64,000 bases of DNA from Styela clava (taxonomy: Eukaryota), in assembly GCF_964204865.1 (NCBI RefSeq), contig NC_135256.1, positions 9,486,001 to 9,550,000 on the forward strand, given 5' to 3'. A program made the position numbers and the translations under genes. This document shows, in pieces, positions 26,304-38,429 of this stretch (position 1 is its first letter; each line of letters starts with the position of its first letter). The notes under the pieces are model-generated. The model searched no databases, was not told where the DNA came from, and worked only from the letters and a program-made list of their open reading frames with translations.

Positions 26304-27463
26304 TATGATGATGATATATATATATCACTTATAAATATTGTTGATAGATCGGCCAATTATATGTTATGCATTGGGATCGGTACTTGACTGGAAAATTGTC
26401 CCAAAATTGAGATATGCTGGAATTTTTTCACAGTGTTTTAAATGTAAACTTTCTATCGACTGCATATCAGGCAATGTATTTGGCAATGTATACTTCTCCA
26501 TGATCTAATTTAATTACTACAAAATGGAAATCATTTCGAGCATTGCATTTTATGGTATTTTAATTTTTCATTATCTTATATCATTGAGTAATGATGACCA
26601 GAATCTGTTCTATGAGCATTGATCATATCTTGAATATTCATGGGTGTATGCCCTGATTTTTGCGTTTAGTTAACTAGATCTCAACTCTCCTTTCACACAG
26701 ACCAAAAACGAAAATCATGTTTGTATTATTTATCTCAGCCACAGTCAACAATGTGGCTTTAGTTGGTTATACTAGTCATCGGTTTCGAATTTATATATTG
26801 TTGATGTCAAAGTTCAAAGAATTATGTATTGACATGTTGTCCACTAAAAAACTCGACTAAAGCAACATAACGTAGTGTGTCTTCGCTATTATAACTGAAT
26901 TATATTTGATGTATTTTCTTTGTTGTAAGTTCCTTTATGGCTGATAGGTATGCTCTTCAATATCTGACCGTTGTATATCAAATTTATTTTGTGTTTGTGC
27001 AATTTTCTTCTATTTACTCAATGAATATCTATTTAGTAGTGTGTAAAAGGCCATTCTAGAATATCTGTAATACCGGGTGTAATACTAGAGTGAGCTCTCG
27101 GATTCGGAATAGAATAAATCTCCAATATTCGGTCTTGGTTCATCTGTACAACCTGCGCGGATACTTATCGTGGGAGCAAACCGGAGTTACAGCGGAAGTT
27201 TGTTCTAGTTGAATTTACTCAAAGTGCAGAAGTCCAATCGCCATCGTGGGATTACTATCAGACTTCAACAAATAATTAGGTCATTTTGCTAGATTGCTGA
27301 TAATGCTTTTTTCTATGTTATTTTCAAATTTCCAATCTTGCTACAAAACAAAATTTTCACAAAAATCCGTTCTCACAAAATAAATTCTCGCTCAAGTGCG
27401 CTGTAGAAAAACTCCATTGTTTCGAAAAATATTCCCGCAAGAAAACATCTTGGCAAAATTACG

Positions 27464-27697
27464 TTATCGGGAAGCAAATTCCGAAACAATATTGTCGAAA
27501 TAGTTAGCTTTCGCCGTATTTCGTTCTCCACTATGTTGGCATTTGTCAATTATCGTTCCCAAGACTTGTTCTCTCGTTAATCGGCTGCTCCGATTTATAC
27601 CCAGGTGATGGCTACGCTCCTGTTTAACGTATTCCAGTTTTAAGATTAAAGACAGGTTTGGCAAAATATCATAATGGAAATCACTGCAAAGAGCCAT
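27464..27697 (-). pseudogene. Degenerate hAT (ZMYM1/Tip100-like) transposase C-terminal fragment
   Basis: ILPNLSLILKL...SRLTREQ...YFDNIVSEFASR resembles the end of hAT dimerisation domains. Confidence 0.55.
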
Positions 27698-29015
27698 TTT
27701 CCATAAAATGGCTTTTTTAGCATTTATGTGAAATGCACAAGCTCCGTCTTAGGCAGCAGGTCGTCCTGGGAGCTGACGCTGGAAGAGTTAGGATTTCTGA
27801 ACGTCCCAGGCCATTTCACAAGATTGCTAGTTTCCACTTCTTCTTCTTACTCCCGGACATATTAACTAACGGATTAGTTATTCTCTTACCAGGCCTGTAC
27901 TTCTAATTTGACTACAGTCTGTGGTTTGGCAACATGATGAAGTCTTCTTCTCGTTCAACTTTGGCTTCCCCAGGGATGATCCGTGCAGTTGTACAAAAGA
28001 TATGTTCGGAAGAATGCCACATCCCCGGTGTTCATTCCCTGGTGTCCATATGATCACTCGATGATCTTTGATATGTATTGAAAGTGTTAATAAACTCAAA
28101 TACTTTTAGTAAGATTTATAGTAAGTATCTTTGATGCATGCAGTCTGTTACAGATGACTCACAACTTAAAAATTGATTTGTTGTTGTAAACTATATCAGT
28201 TGATACCGGTATATATGTATGTACAAATGTGTATCCAATCTGTTTGAATTTATAGTGCATGTTTTAATAAAATTGTAGTTACTGTTACCTATCATAGAAT
28301 GTAAACTTATTTAAACAATGCTGGTGCGGGTTGGCACGTCTGCATTACAATGCCTTCGAGAAATTAACATAACGAATTTATTTAGTTAAAAATATTTGTA
28401 TTCAGCAACGTATTTATTTTACTGTCTATCGCAACATTTTCAATATTCGCAATGTTGTGGAGGTCTACATTCCTTCTAATTTCTAAATGGGTAACATGCG
28501 CAACTGGATCTGTGATATGTCTGTCTCAGAGCTTCAGGGATTCAAGTTCTGATTTAAAAAAGGTGGTGCAATGAAACAGCGACATTACATTTTTAAAACT
28601 TCGAAGGCCTTCGAGCAATGCAGACACGAAATGACAATGGCGAGTGGCAGTAATGTGGCGATTTGCAGACTGCGTGATTTAACTTCCACTCAATGCAGTG
28701 TTCGCACTGACGCGGCTATACCACTTGAAAATCTTTCCGCTTTCCGCCATTTCGATTCAAAAACAGTTCTGAATCCAATGTCTTTCTACACATGTAGGCT
28801 ACTCTCATCAACTGCGGGTTGAAATATTTTTCTTGAGTAGTTTACGCCAGTGCATAACATCATGATGACGTGGTAGTATCGAACTAGCTCAGGATATGAA
28901 ATTATTTAATTATATAATATTGATTAAATGAGGTCTGTGACAGGACATAATTATAGTCGAGTTTATTTTTTCCAAACATTAATATATTAAACAGATACAA
29001 ATGCCGGGAGCCGGA

Positions 29016-29368
29016 CACCGTTTTAAAATCCACACTTAGTGAAATTTATAAATGTCATTACCATTTCAACAAACAAAAGTCAAACGGGAAACCGTTTCAA
29101 AAACCAGGCTTAGTGAAATTCATAAATGTCACTACCATTTCAATAAACGAGTCAATCGGGAAACCGTTTAAAAAACCACGCTTAGTGCAGTTCATAAATG
29201 TCACAACCATTTCAATAAACGAGTCAATCGGGTAACTGTTATAAAATCCACGCTTAGTGAAGTTCATAAATGTCACTACCATTTCAATAAACGAGTCAAT
29301 CGGGAAACTGTTATAAAATCCACGCTTAGTGAAGTTCATAAATGTCACTAACATTTCAACAAACGAGT
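29016..29368. repeat. 72-bp minisatellite, about 5 units
   Basis: CTTAGTGAA(A/G)TTCATAAATGTCACTACCATTTCAATAAACGAGTCAATCGGG... units start at 29035, 29109, 29181, 29253 and 29325. Confidence 0.92.
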
Positions 29369-30381
29369 AAAATACAAAATATAGGTGATGGGCTGGGTTT
29401 CAATTTTCGTGTAGGGCCGTAGGCGATTGAGATATAAGTATGTGTTCCATCAAAATAGAAAGATTAGGCTTGAGGGAAAAGAGATTATGTGAAGAAAACC
29501 TTATCTATTCGTGCACCTCTTGACGAAAATAATAGTTAGTCACAGAAATAAAGGTGGAAAAATTCTATTGATAAAACTTTTCTGGATAACGTTTAGAGAT
29601 GAGGGGTGCCACATACGACCCGTGGAAGCTATTTATGTAGCCGGTAAGAGACTTGATATTTATTAAAGCTTTTTCATTTGTAACGGCTGCACCAATGTGG
29701 TTCCCGGTGTTTTGTTACTTGACTATGTCACACTATGGGGTGAAAATTCGATTCAGAAACGTGATATTTTTTGCTGCTGTGATTTGGTGTTGTGATTAAA
29801 AACGTCAAATCATTTACCACTAACAACAATGTTGATTATAAATGGCGGAAGTTCGACATTGACTGGTGTCCAAAATATTTCACTGTTCAACACTATCAAG
29901 ATACGATTAGCGCAATTTGCTAAAAAAGCCACACAATTGTATAAAACACTCTGCTAGTTATACCATAGCATTGTAGATCAATTGCGAGTTGAAAATATTC
30001 ATTGAAAAGTGTCTTTGGTAAAGGAATATATAATGAAGCAGATAGCTTATTATTTCGTGACCCACCGACACGCAAAATATTGAAGAAGATCGAAATTTCA
30101 CTGGCTCTCGTCATCAGAAATTGAAGTTTTGACCCATTGCGATAGACAGCTGCACGCCTCTGATTTGGAGCATGGAAACCAGTCGTCTGTATGATCAGCG
30201 CGCTTCGCTGGTCGCAGATTCGGTAGCGTAAAGTATCTGGGGTAACTCAAAATATAAATATTTAAAATTTAAAACATTTTGTACAGTATTCTGAATATAT
30301 AGAATATAGATATTTTATACAAGGCTTGTCTATATTGTAAAGATCAATTCACTTATAAAGTTTAAATAGTAGAGAAGATCA

Positions 30382-33300
30382 ATGGAGAAAACTGTGGATA
30401 CGAGATTTGCAATTGCCGATTACGTGGTTTTCATTGGTGAGAACATTGAATTGCAATATCTTGTTTGATTTTTTGTAGGAATTTTTGTCAATGCACAATC
30501 ATTGTTTATATCCCCATGATCATTAGCCAGCGTGTTATTAATTTACATTTCTTAAATTTATTTGTAAATGTGTTATTGACAACAAAGTGGACTATTGATT
30601 CTTTATGTTAAATTCTTTTTTGGTCGTTGTTGGGTTCTCACAGGCATTTTTGGGTACTCCCGTAGTATGTGAACCGAGATGGCGGACATTGGAACGTAGT
30701 AAGTGTACCAGGTAAGGGTTAGGCCATAATTTTATTCCAATTTTTGTTATTTTAATTCTATTACGAGTTCGGGCACTATTTAAGTGACTCCCTTAGTATT
30801 TGTACCTGAAATTATGGCCTAACCCTAACCTGTTACTACGTTCCGGTGTCCGCCATCTTGGTTCACATACTACGGGAGTACCCATTATTGTATCGGTACT
30901 CGTTCCCCTTCCCCATATATATTCAAGCATTGCTGTCTTGTTAATGTGTTGTGGTATTGTCTAACATGCAGTATTTATTTGGTGTGTTTGCGTTGTTCGA
31001 ATCTAATATAAATGAAGTTTACTTCATTAATTTTTACAGCGTTGTTGGTCGTTCCTTCCTTCATCGGGGTGTATTTCGCTTACAAGGATAGGAAAAGTTC
31101 TTCGACGAGCAATTATTTTTTTGGAGAAAAAAAGCTAAATGCAGTATGTGCGACTTATTTTTATAACATATCTCCAAACAAGACAATAGACGACCGATAA
31201 CGTCAGAGACAACGATGTTATAAAATTTTATGAAAACTTAGAACGCCGGCGATATATAACAGCGGTGTTGAGGGATTCGACTTGTCTGTCCTATTGTAGG
31301 TTTTCTGCGATTGCATTTTAAGAAAAAAACTTAATACTTCTTCAGTGTTTGCGACTCGCGAGCCATTTTGGGATTTTACAGTTTCACAGTAGGAATCGTA
31401 GGAATATTCCGTTGGAACAGATACACGATATTTTATCACTTGTTGGTATCTGTACTACTTTACGTAATGTTTTTTGATAATATATAATTTAATTTTACAA
31501 ACGTACAAACTTTCTTCGGGATTGCAATTCATATTTATTCTGTATTGGATGTTCACAAAAACGACATAGAAAAGATAAACTAATCGTTATGAGCTTTAAA
31601 AATTTAAAAAGTTCTTATAATGAAGAAACGACCATATTTAACCAAGCACCAACGTTATTAATTTATAACGGTTTTCACAGCGTTGGTTTTATGTAGTGCA
31701 ATTGCATTTTATTTTGCTGTTCCTTACTTATTGCCATCGTGGCTTTTATGCATGGTAGTTACGATAATTTTTATCATGCGGTAGTCATATTATTGCGATA
31801 ACATCTTTTGAGCAAGGTCGCTGTGGGAATTTCAACTGCGGTTACAAGCATATCGGCAATAACAATGATTGGATATCCAGCTGAAGTATATATCGTGGGA
31901 ACGGTGTACATATGGGCTCCTATTGCGATTATTCTCGCTACCATGGTCACAATCGTGTACTACTTACCTTTTTACAACAATCTTGAACTGGAGACTATTT
32001 ATGCGGTAGGTTAATATTCAGTGTTATTAACTAATTTTTAATTTCTATCCAATACTATTAATAAATCAGAATCAGACTCCATACCGTTACATCGGTTACA
32101 TGAACTGGCATAATCGATATATACCATAAGAGCAACCTCCCGGCACATTCCTAAGAGTAGTTCGAGAAAAACGTTTCACTGGGAAAAACATTGACTGTAT
32201 TTATAAAATCAGTGACAAAAAATTTGTGGTTATAATTTCCGACTAAATAACATATTGATATCAAGCCGAAGGAAAAGCAATCATTGACATAAAGAAGTTC
32301 AATCTGTTTTAACGTACAACTGAATTTTCTGGGTTTTATTTTTTTTTTCAATTTTACGTGACTGAACAAGTGCATTTGTTTCACTTTCTTTTGAGTATTG
32401 AGTGAAATAATCTCGTGCTTCCTGCACAAAGCTTCCTACAAGTGGGTCATGTGGCATTTTTGATATTTTGCTAAATAGTGGTGATTTTTTTGTTCATCTA
32501 AATATTTGTGACAATTTGAGAAATAAATGAACAAGTACCACCAGAAAGTAAAATCCAATGTGCTACCGACGCAAAGAAAATACATGATATAAAATGCGAT
32601 AATGTCAAAAACGAGATAGCGATCAGAGACCGCCGACTTATCGATCTAGCGGCGTGTATCCTTCGCTCTGACTCAATAGTGACACTGCGTCTCCCATTAC
32701 TAATTAAATAATAACTCGCTAATTATACGACATAATTCCTCTAAAATCAATGGGCTTCTGGTCCGAGATATGATGAATGCACATGCAAAATGGAGCAGAT
32801 TCAACCTCGCTTTCGTGAGATATCGCGTAACATACGAAAGTGTCTAACAGACAAACAAACAAACGGACAAATACCTATCAACATACTTACCGATCAAGAC
32901 CGATAAGTAACAAACCTAAACCAGAAAATTCTCACTCTCATGTGATAGGCATAGACGTTTTCAATTTGTTAGAATATGATCCGAGCATTTCGTGTCTTGT
33001 ATGTTTGTTTTGAAGAGGTCTAACTAAGGATTTGAATCATTTCCATTTACACATACAGTATTTAGAGTTGCGATTCAACAAATCCACAAGAAGGATTGTT
33101 GCGGTTATGGTTCCATTAAGCGAGGTATGTTATTAAATTGAAAATTATTTTTTATGAGTTGGAAAAATAAACTTGACTTGTTGTGACAAAAATCATTCTG
33201 TGTTTAATGTCATATCTTCATTGTATATACTGGCAATATATACAAATATTTTAGATATTTATAATTTTTCATTGTTTTCGTTTTAGAAGCGAACTAACAA

Positions 33301-36300
33301 TGCGTCTGTCTTGACTACGTTAATATGTCCGGCGAAGTATTCTATATTCAAAAATTTAAATTTACAGATCAGCCTCCTCACCTAAGGTGCTGAATATTTG
33401 GTAGTTTATAATCCGAAACGGAAAAGTCCAGTTCTATAACATATTATATAAACGCTCGGTTGATCCATGCCTACCTGCCTTTACTCTCTTCTCAGCTGAC
33501 GATTTTGATAAGCTCATAAAGTAATTGAAAAAATATTCAATATAATGAGTTTTTCTATATTCAAATATTAATTATGTTTCAAAATTTTCAGGTATTTTTC
33601 ATGGGCACGGTTGCATATATTCCAGCTTTGGCGTTGAGTGCTGTAACTCCAATAACAGTTCCTATTAGTATTGGAATAACTGGCGGGATTTGCACCTTCT
33701 ACACAGTTTTGGTAAGGTCAAACAAAAGACTGGTTTTCTATTTTCATATTTATATCATTACCACAAAGAGTTATCAGCAAATCAATGCATATTCACGCAT
33801 TTGGATCATTTTCTAAAGGATGGCTCAAACTTGCAACTTCGCGTTACCTTATGTTACTAACTTGCCCATTCCACAATAAAACATAATTCTCTGTGTCAAT
33901 TTTGTATACTTTGTCTGGTCTGGCACTCACCTGGCTTATGTACAGAATGCTTTTATTTTGCAATGGTAACTGCAAGTGTTCGGGTGTTTTGATATGTCAT
34001 AAATAGGTCAGAGATCGTCAGGTTTTGTAGTTATGTTAATTATACGACATTCGTTTTAAGTATGGCTTGGCTTTAAACTCTATAGAATATTATCTCAATA
34101 ATACAACTTTACAATTTCATCGTCAAGGAAAAATGGTGATTTGCCATAAATTCTACTGTTCTAATTTTATGAAACAGTTATATTCCTGTATTTTAGGGAG
34201 GAATCAAAGCAGTTGTGTGGACTGACGTAGTGCAGTCTCTTCTGATGCTAGGCGGGTCTATATTTGTTCTTACATGCGGAATCGTCCACTTAGGGGGATT
34301 TGGAGAACTTGAAGCTGCTCTCAGTCGTGGGGAAAGGCTGACGTTTATGAGGTATACCGTAGCCTACTTTAAAAAAAATACCCGTTCATTTTTATGAAAA
34401 ATGTATTATAGTTTGCTTAAATAAGTTTAGTGAGAAATAAACGCAGTTATATGGCGTCGAAAGTACTGAGAACCATTTCGCCTAATTATCGATTACAATG
34501 ATGTGATAACCAAAAAAATTTTGAATTACTTTTTTACCAGTTTCGATAAAATTGATATTTCATCGCGAATGTCACCATTGGCCATATTAGTTGGGGAGTT
34601 TTTTGTTTTCAATCATTACCTTGGATTTTCGCAACCAATATTTCAACGAATTCAATCTTGCAGGAACAAGACACAATCACAGTAGTAAGTATGGAATGTT
34701 TTTATTTACTTTTCAATGGAATTACATTTAATGCAGTTGAATAAGAATCAAAAAGCTTATCCCGGAGTAATTTTGTGTTTCAGCGCAATTATAGCATATA
34801 TCATTCCCGCTATCACGATTATCTTCATAGCAATAGGAAATGGATTACTTTACTACGCATTCTTTGAAGGATGCGATCCGGTTGAGTCAGGAATTCTAAC
34901 CAGCAGAGATCAAGGAATGCCCTATATTGCTCTTCATTTGTTCAAAAACTTTCCAGGATTGTCGGGGTTGTATGTTGCTGCTGTGTTTAGTGGGAGTCTC
35001 AGGTAACACATTTCTAGTGAACGAATATTTTTAGGTATTGAAAGCTTTCCTAAACGCGTAGAAGAATAACATAGAGATATACTTTCATTTGTATAAAAGT
35101 CTGCCCAGGTATGAGGTCCTATCGATGGACAAACAAAATATATATATTATACAACTTCCGATACGCAAGTGTTGTCAAGCAGTATTTTTCAGTGCTGGCT
35201 ATCTACTTTTGTTTCCACTTTAATATTTGTAGCTCAACAAATCCAGAAGTATAGTAAAAATACAAAAATATCGGATTTTGGGAATATTTAACTTGGTATT
35301 GTTTTACTTCCTGGTCTAACACATTGAAATATTTGCAGCACTGTATCGTCAGGAATTAATGCTTACTCAATCGTTATAGTCGAAGACTTTATGTTAGCCA
35401 TATACCCTCGGGCATCAGAGAAATTAAAACTGTTTGCTGGAAAGACAAGTGGTAACTATCATAATTTATCAACTTCACTAGATTCTCTAAATAAAACGTG
35501 AGTGAGAAAATTGTAATTCATTAGCAATTCCCTTGGTCAATATAACCCAGCAACTCTAGTCAGCTTTGTGTGCGGCGAAAGCTATATATGTTTTTAAACT
35601 GGAGTGCGTACAAGATTTCCAAGACTTTCATTATACCTTCGCGACATAGAATTGTTCAGAATAGGGGACCAAAAGAACCAATGACCGATTGCTCCGTTAT
35701 GTTTCATTCTATAGCTTTACTACTGGGTGTAATCGTCACCTTCTGTGGATACATGATATCTACACTCGGGTCAAACGTATTTAAAATTCTCCGAAGCTTG
35801 ATGGGAGCAGTTGGTGGTCCAGTTTTCGGGATTTATATTCTTGGACTTCTTTTTCCATGGGCAAATTCCACAGTGAGTATTTGTTTGCTGCATAATTTCT
35901 GATTTTATTTCAACTGATCATGAGTTTTTATATTTTAATTCAATTCGTTTTTTTTATGTATTTGCTTAGCTGAGCAGATATGAACTAATCCTGAAGATGT
36001 AGTTTTATATAGAAAGACTAACTTTTGTGTTCTTGGCAATGGTGAATTTGTCTGTTATAGAAATAATCGTTATATTATTCCAGTTGCAAGCATTTGTTTT
36101 GTTTTCTAAACCAGGGAGCCATCGCTGGTGTTCTTGTAGGATATGCATTTATGGTTTGGGTGTTTCTCGGTTCTATTTTCTTGCTTACTGCACCACCGAG
36201 GATCCAGCTTCCGCCAATAACAACGGATCTCTGCCCGTTATTGAATGGTTCGTATACAACGATGTCAACGCTTACTTCAAGCATTACAACTCTACAAGAT

Positions 36301-38151
36301 GGTTCGGCAAGCGAGTAAGTTTACTGTTCACAAAATTGAATAAACAATTTTTTTTATCTGAAGCGAATTTAATTAACTTTTTTGATCAAGCCCTGTCATC
36401 CTTAATCAAACTCGAAGTAAATCCAAGATAGCTGAATTATGAAATATTTATTATTATTTATTGTGGACACGAATTGGACATTTGGACCGCTTTGTTGTTA
36501 TGTTGTTGTTGTTAGTATTCTTCTTGTTGCAGTTATTGTTGTTGTAGAAAATTAACCTTTCTCTTTAACTACTGAGAAAAATTGTTGGAAAATTTTCAGT
36601 GGTTAAAGATTGTTGTTGTCACTAGACATCCATCACTTTTATTCATTCTGTGGGCTTTATGGGATTCGTTTTTCGCATTGAAGTTATGAGTTAAGACGAT
36701 AAAAAATTGCGCACCGTTTGGCGGTTCCGCAATCGTATATCAGCGATCTAGTGGTCAGTCGAAGTCGGGAAGACTTTCCGTAAACTGTAAGATTTACCAT
36801 TGCTACGTCGATTTTGGTTTTCGTGTCCATATATTTTTTATCCTAAAGCTTCATATCTATACAATATAAATGTGTATAGCGCTTGACACCTGTTGATAAA
36901 AATTCTAGCATATAGTGAAATCCCAGTCCTAAACCCGCTACTTGCAAAGCGGTGCTTTAGTAGGTATTATAATTAAAGAATTTTTATCAACTGTTATATA
37001 TACATATTTTTGTTTGAAAATATTTCGAAACACTTTTTTTAGTAACTAGAAAAATAAACGTATAGAACTTTATAATTGCTATATATATATATCTTTATAA
37101 TGTCTACCATATGACGCGTGTTATCACAATACGGTTTAACATTATACAATTCCAGGGGTTATCGCGTTGATCAGCTAATCTACAGCATCAATTTTCATTA
37201 CTACATATTAACCGGAGCTCTAGTCACTATTGTTACAGGATTGATTGCATCCGGAATATCAGGTGATTTATTACTTTTATGAGATATTACTCGAGTTTGA
37301 CCGAGCAAAGCGTTGAAACAACTACATAAAACTATGATGCCCGTGGATTTTCTATCTTATTGGGAAGATTGTAATATTTTTATTACACCGCATGGTTTTG
37401 ACTTGTAATGCTGAAATTGTTAAACCGTGTTGATCACTTTTCAAATTTTAGATACACACAGCTAATAAAAAGATTATAAAACTATGAAGTTCCAGTACGA
37501 TGTAGTTTTCTTTAATTAGTTCCCAGTTACACCTAGAAATCTATGTCGGGATCAGGTCTCACTGGAAACGTAATTGAAATTGAGCTAAATGTAATTTTTG
37601 TCAAGTCAGTGTTGACACCTGTCCGAAGCGCCAAGACTAGACTATAATATGAGTCAACTGCCTTGTGCAGCATACGTCTATATTGAAAATAAGCAGCACT
37701 ACGCGATTTGGCGCTCCAGAAGTATGTGTACCAATATGGAGGGAATTAATTTTGCTCGCCTACTTGACATCAAGAGGCTGAAGCTTATAGGCAGTAGGTA
37801 TATTCATTTAGCTAACACAGACAGTTCCCGAACTCGTAATAGAACTGAAATACGGAAAACCGGAATAAAATTATGGCCTAACCCCAACCTGGTACACATA
37901 CTACGGGAGTACCCACGATTTTACTGATTCGTTCTTTTCACTTTAAAATAATTATTTTTCTAGGATTCAAGAAACCACGAGAACTTGATCCGAAATTATT
38001 CTTACCGATATTTGACAACAAACGATTTCCTGATTGCGTTAGAAAATTTTTCCGATGTGGTGTACCGAAAGATGATTATTCCAGTTGTCACAAAAACAAA
38101 AAAACGGAAGCCTCTTCAGAAGACGTTGAAGAGAACTTTTTAATGACCTAA
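30382..38151 (+). CDS. SLC5 sodium:solute symporter (SMCT/NIS/SMVT, SLC5A5/6/8/12-like), about 13 exons
   Basis: ADYVVF, YFFGEKKL, SAITMIGYPAEVY, YLELRFNK, GGIKAVVWTDVVQ, GCDP, DQGMPY, PGLSGLYVAAVFSGSLSTVSSGINA, GGPVFGIYILGLLFPWANS; ends ...EENFLMT*. Confidence 0.93.
30653..30882. mobile_element. Palindromic MITE family B (about 230 bp)
   Basis: TIRs of about 80 bp, GGTACTCCCGTAGTATGTGAACC... / ...GGTTCACATACTACGGGAGTACC; TSD CATTTTTG/CATTATTG. Confidence 0.88.
32615..32911. mobile_element. DINE/HINE-like (Helentron-associated) short element
   Basis: Subterminal inverted repeats ACTTATCGATC / GACCGATAAGT, (CAAA)n microsatellite, and a 3' hairpin CTTACCGATC..GACCGATAAG. Confidence 0.55.
37710..37914. 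mobile_element. Palindromic MITE family B-related copy
   Basis: Ends TGGCCTAACCCCAACCTGGTACACATACTACGGGAGTACC. Confidence 0.65.
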
Positions 38152-38429
38152 ATTTGGGGAAATCTAGATCTTCGAGAACTTCACGAAACAACCCTCACAC
38201 ACCTTCTTAGCCAAAATACTTGTTGCACACTGCCATCTGATATATTTTGAACTCCATCGCAAAAAGTTTGCAGAAACTAGCGTCCCAAACCTTTCGCCTA
38301 ACGCTTGATAACTTGACATGTTTTAAGTAGAAATAACAGAAACCTCAGAAGCTAATCACTAACAAGTTAATTATATGCTTTATTTTATAAACAATTTGTA
38401 GCTTTAAAAACTGACTTGTAGTAATTAAA

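Noticed and set aside
29016-29368. CRISPR-like array or repeat protein (ORF 29097-29354)
   Set aside because: Units are contiguous with no unique spacers, the context is eukaryotic with no cas genes, and the ORF follows simply from the 72-bp period.
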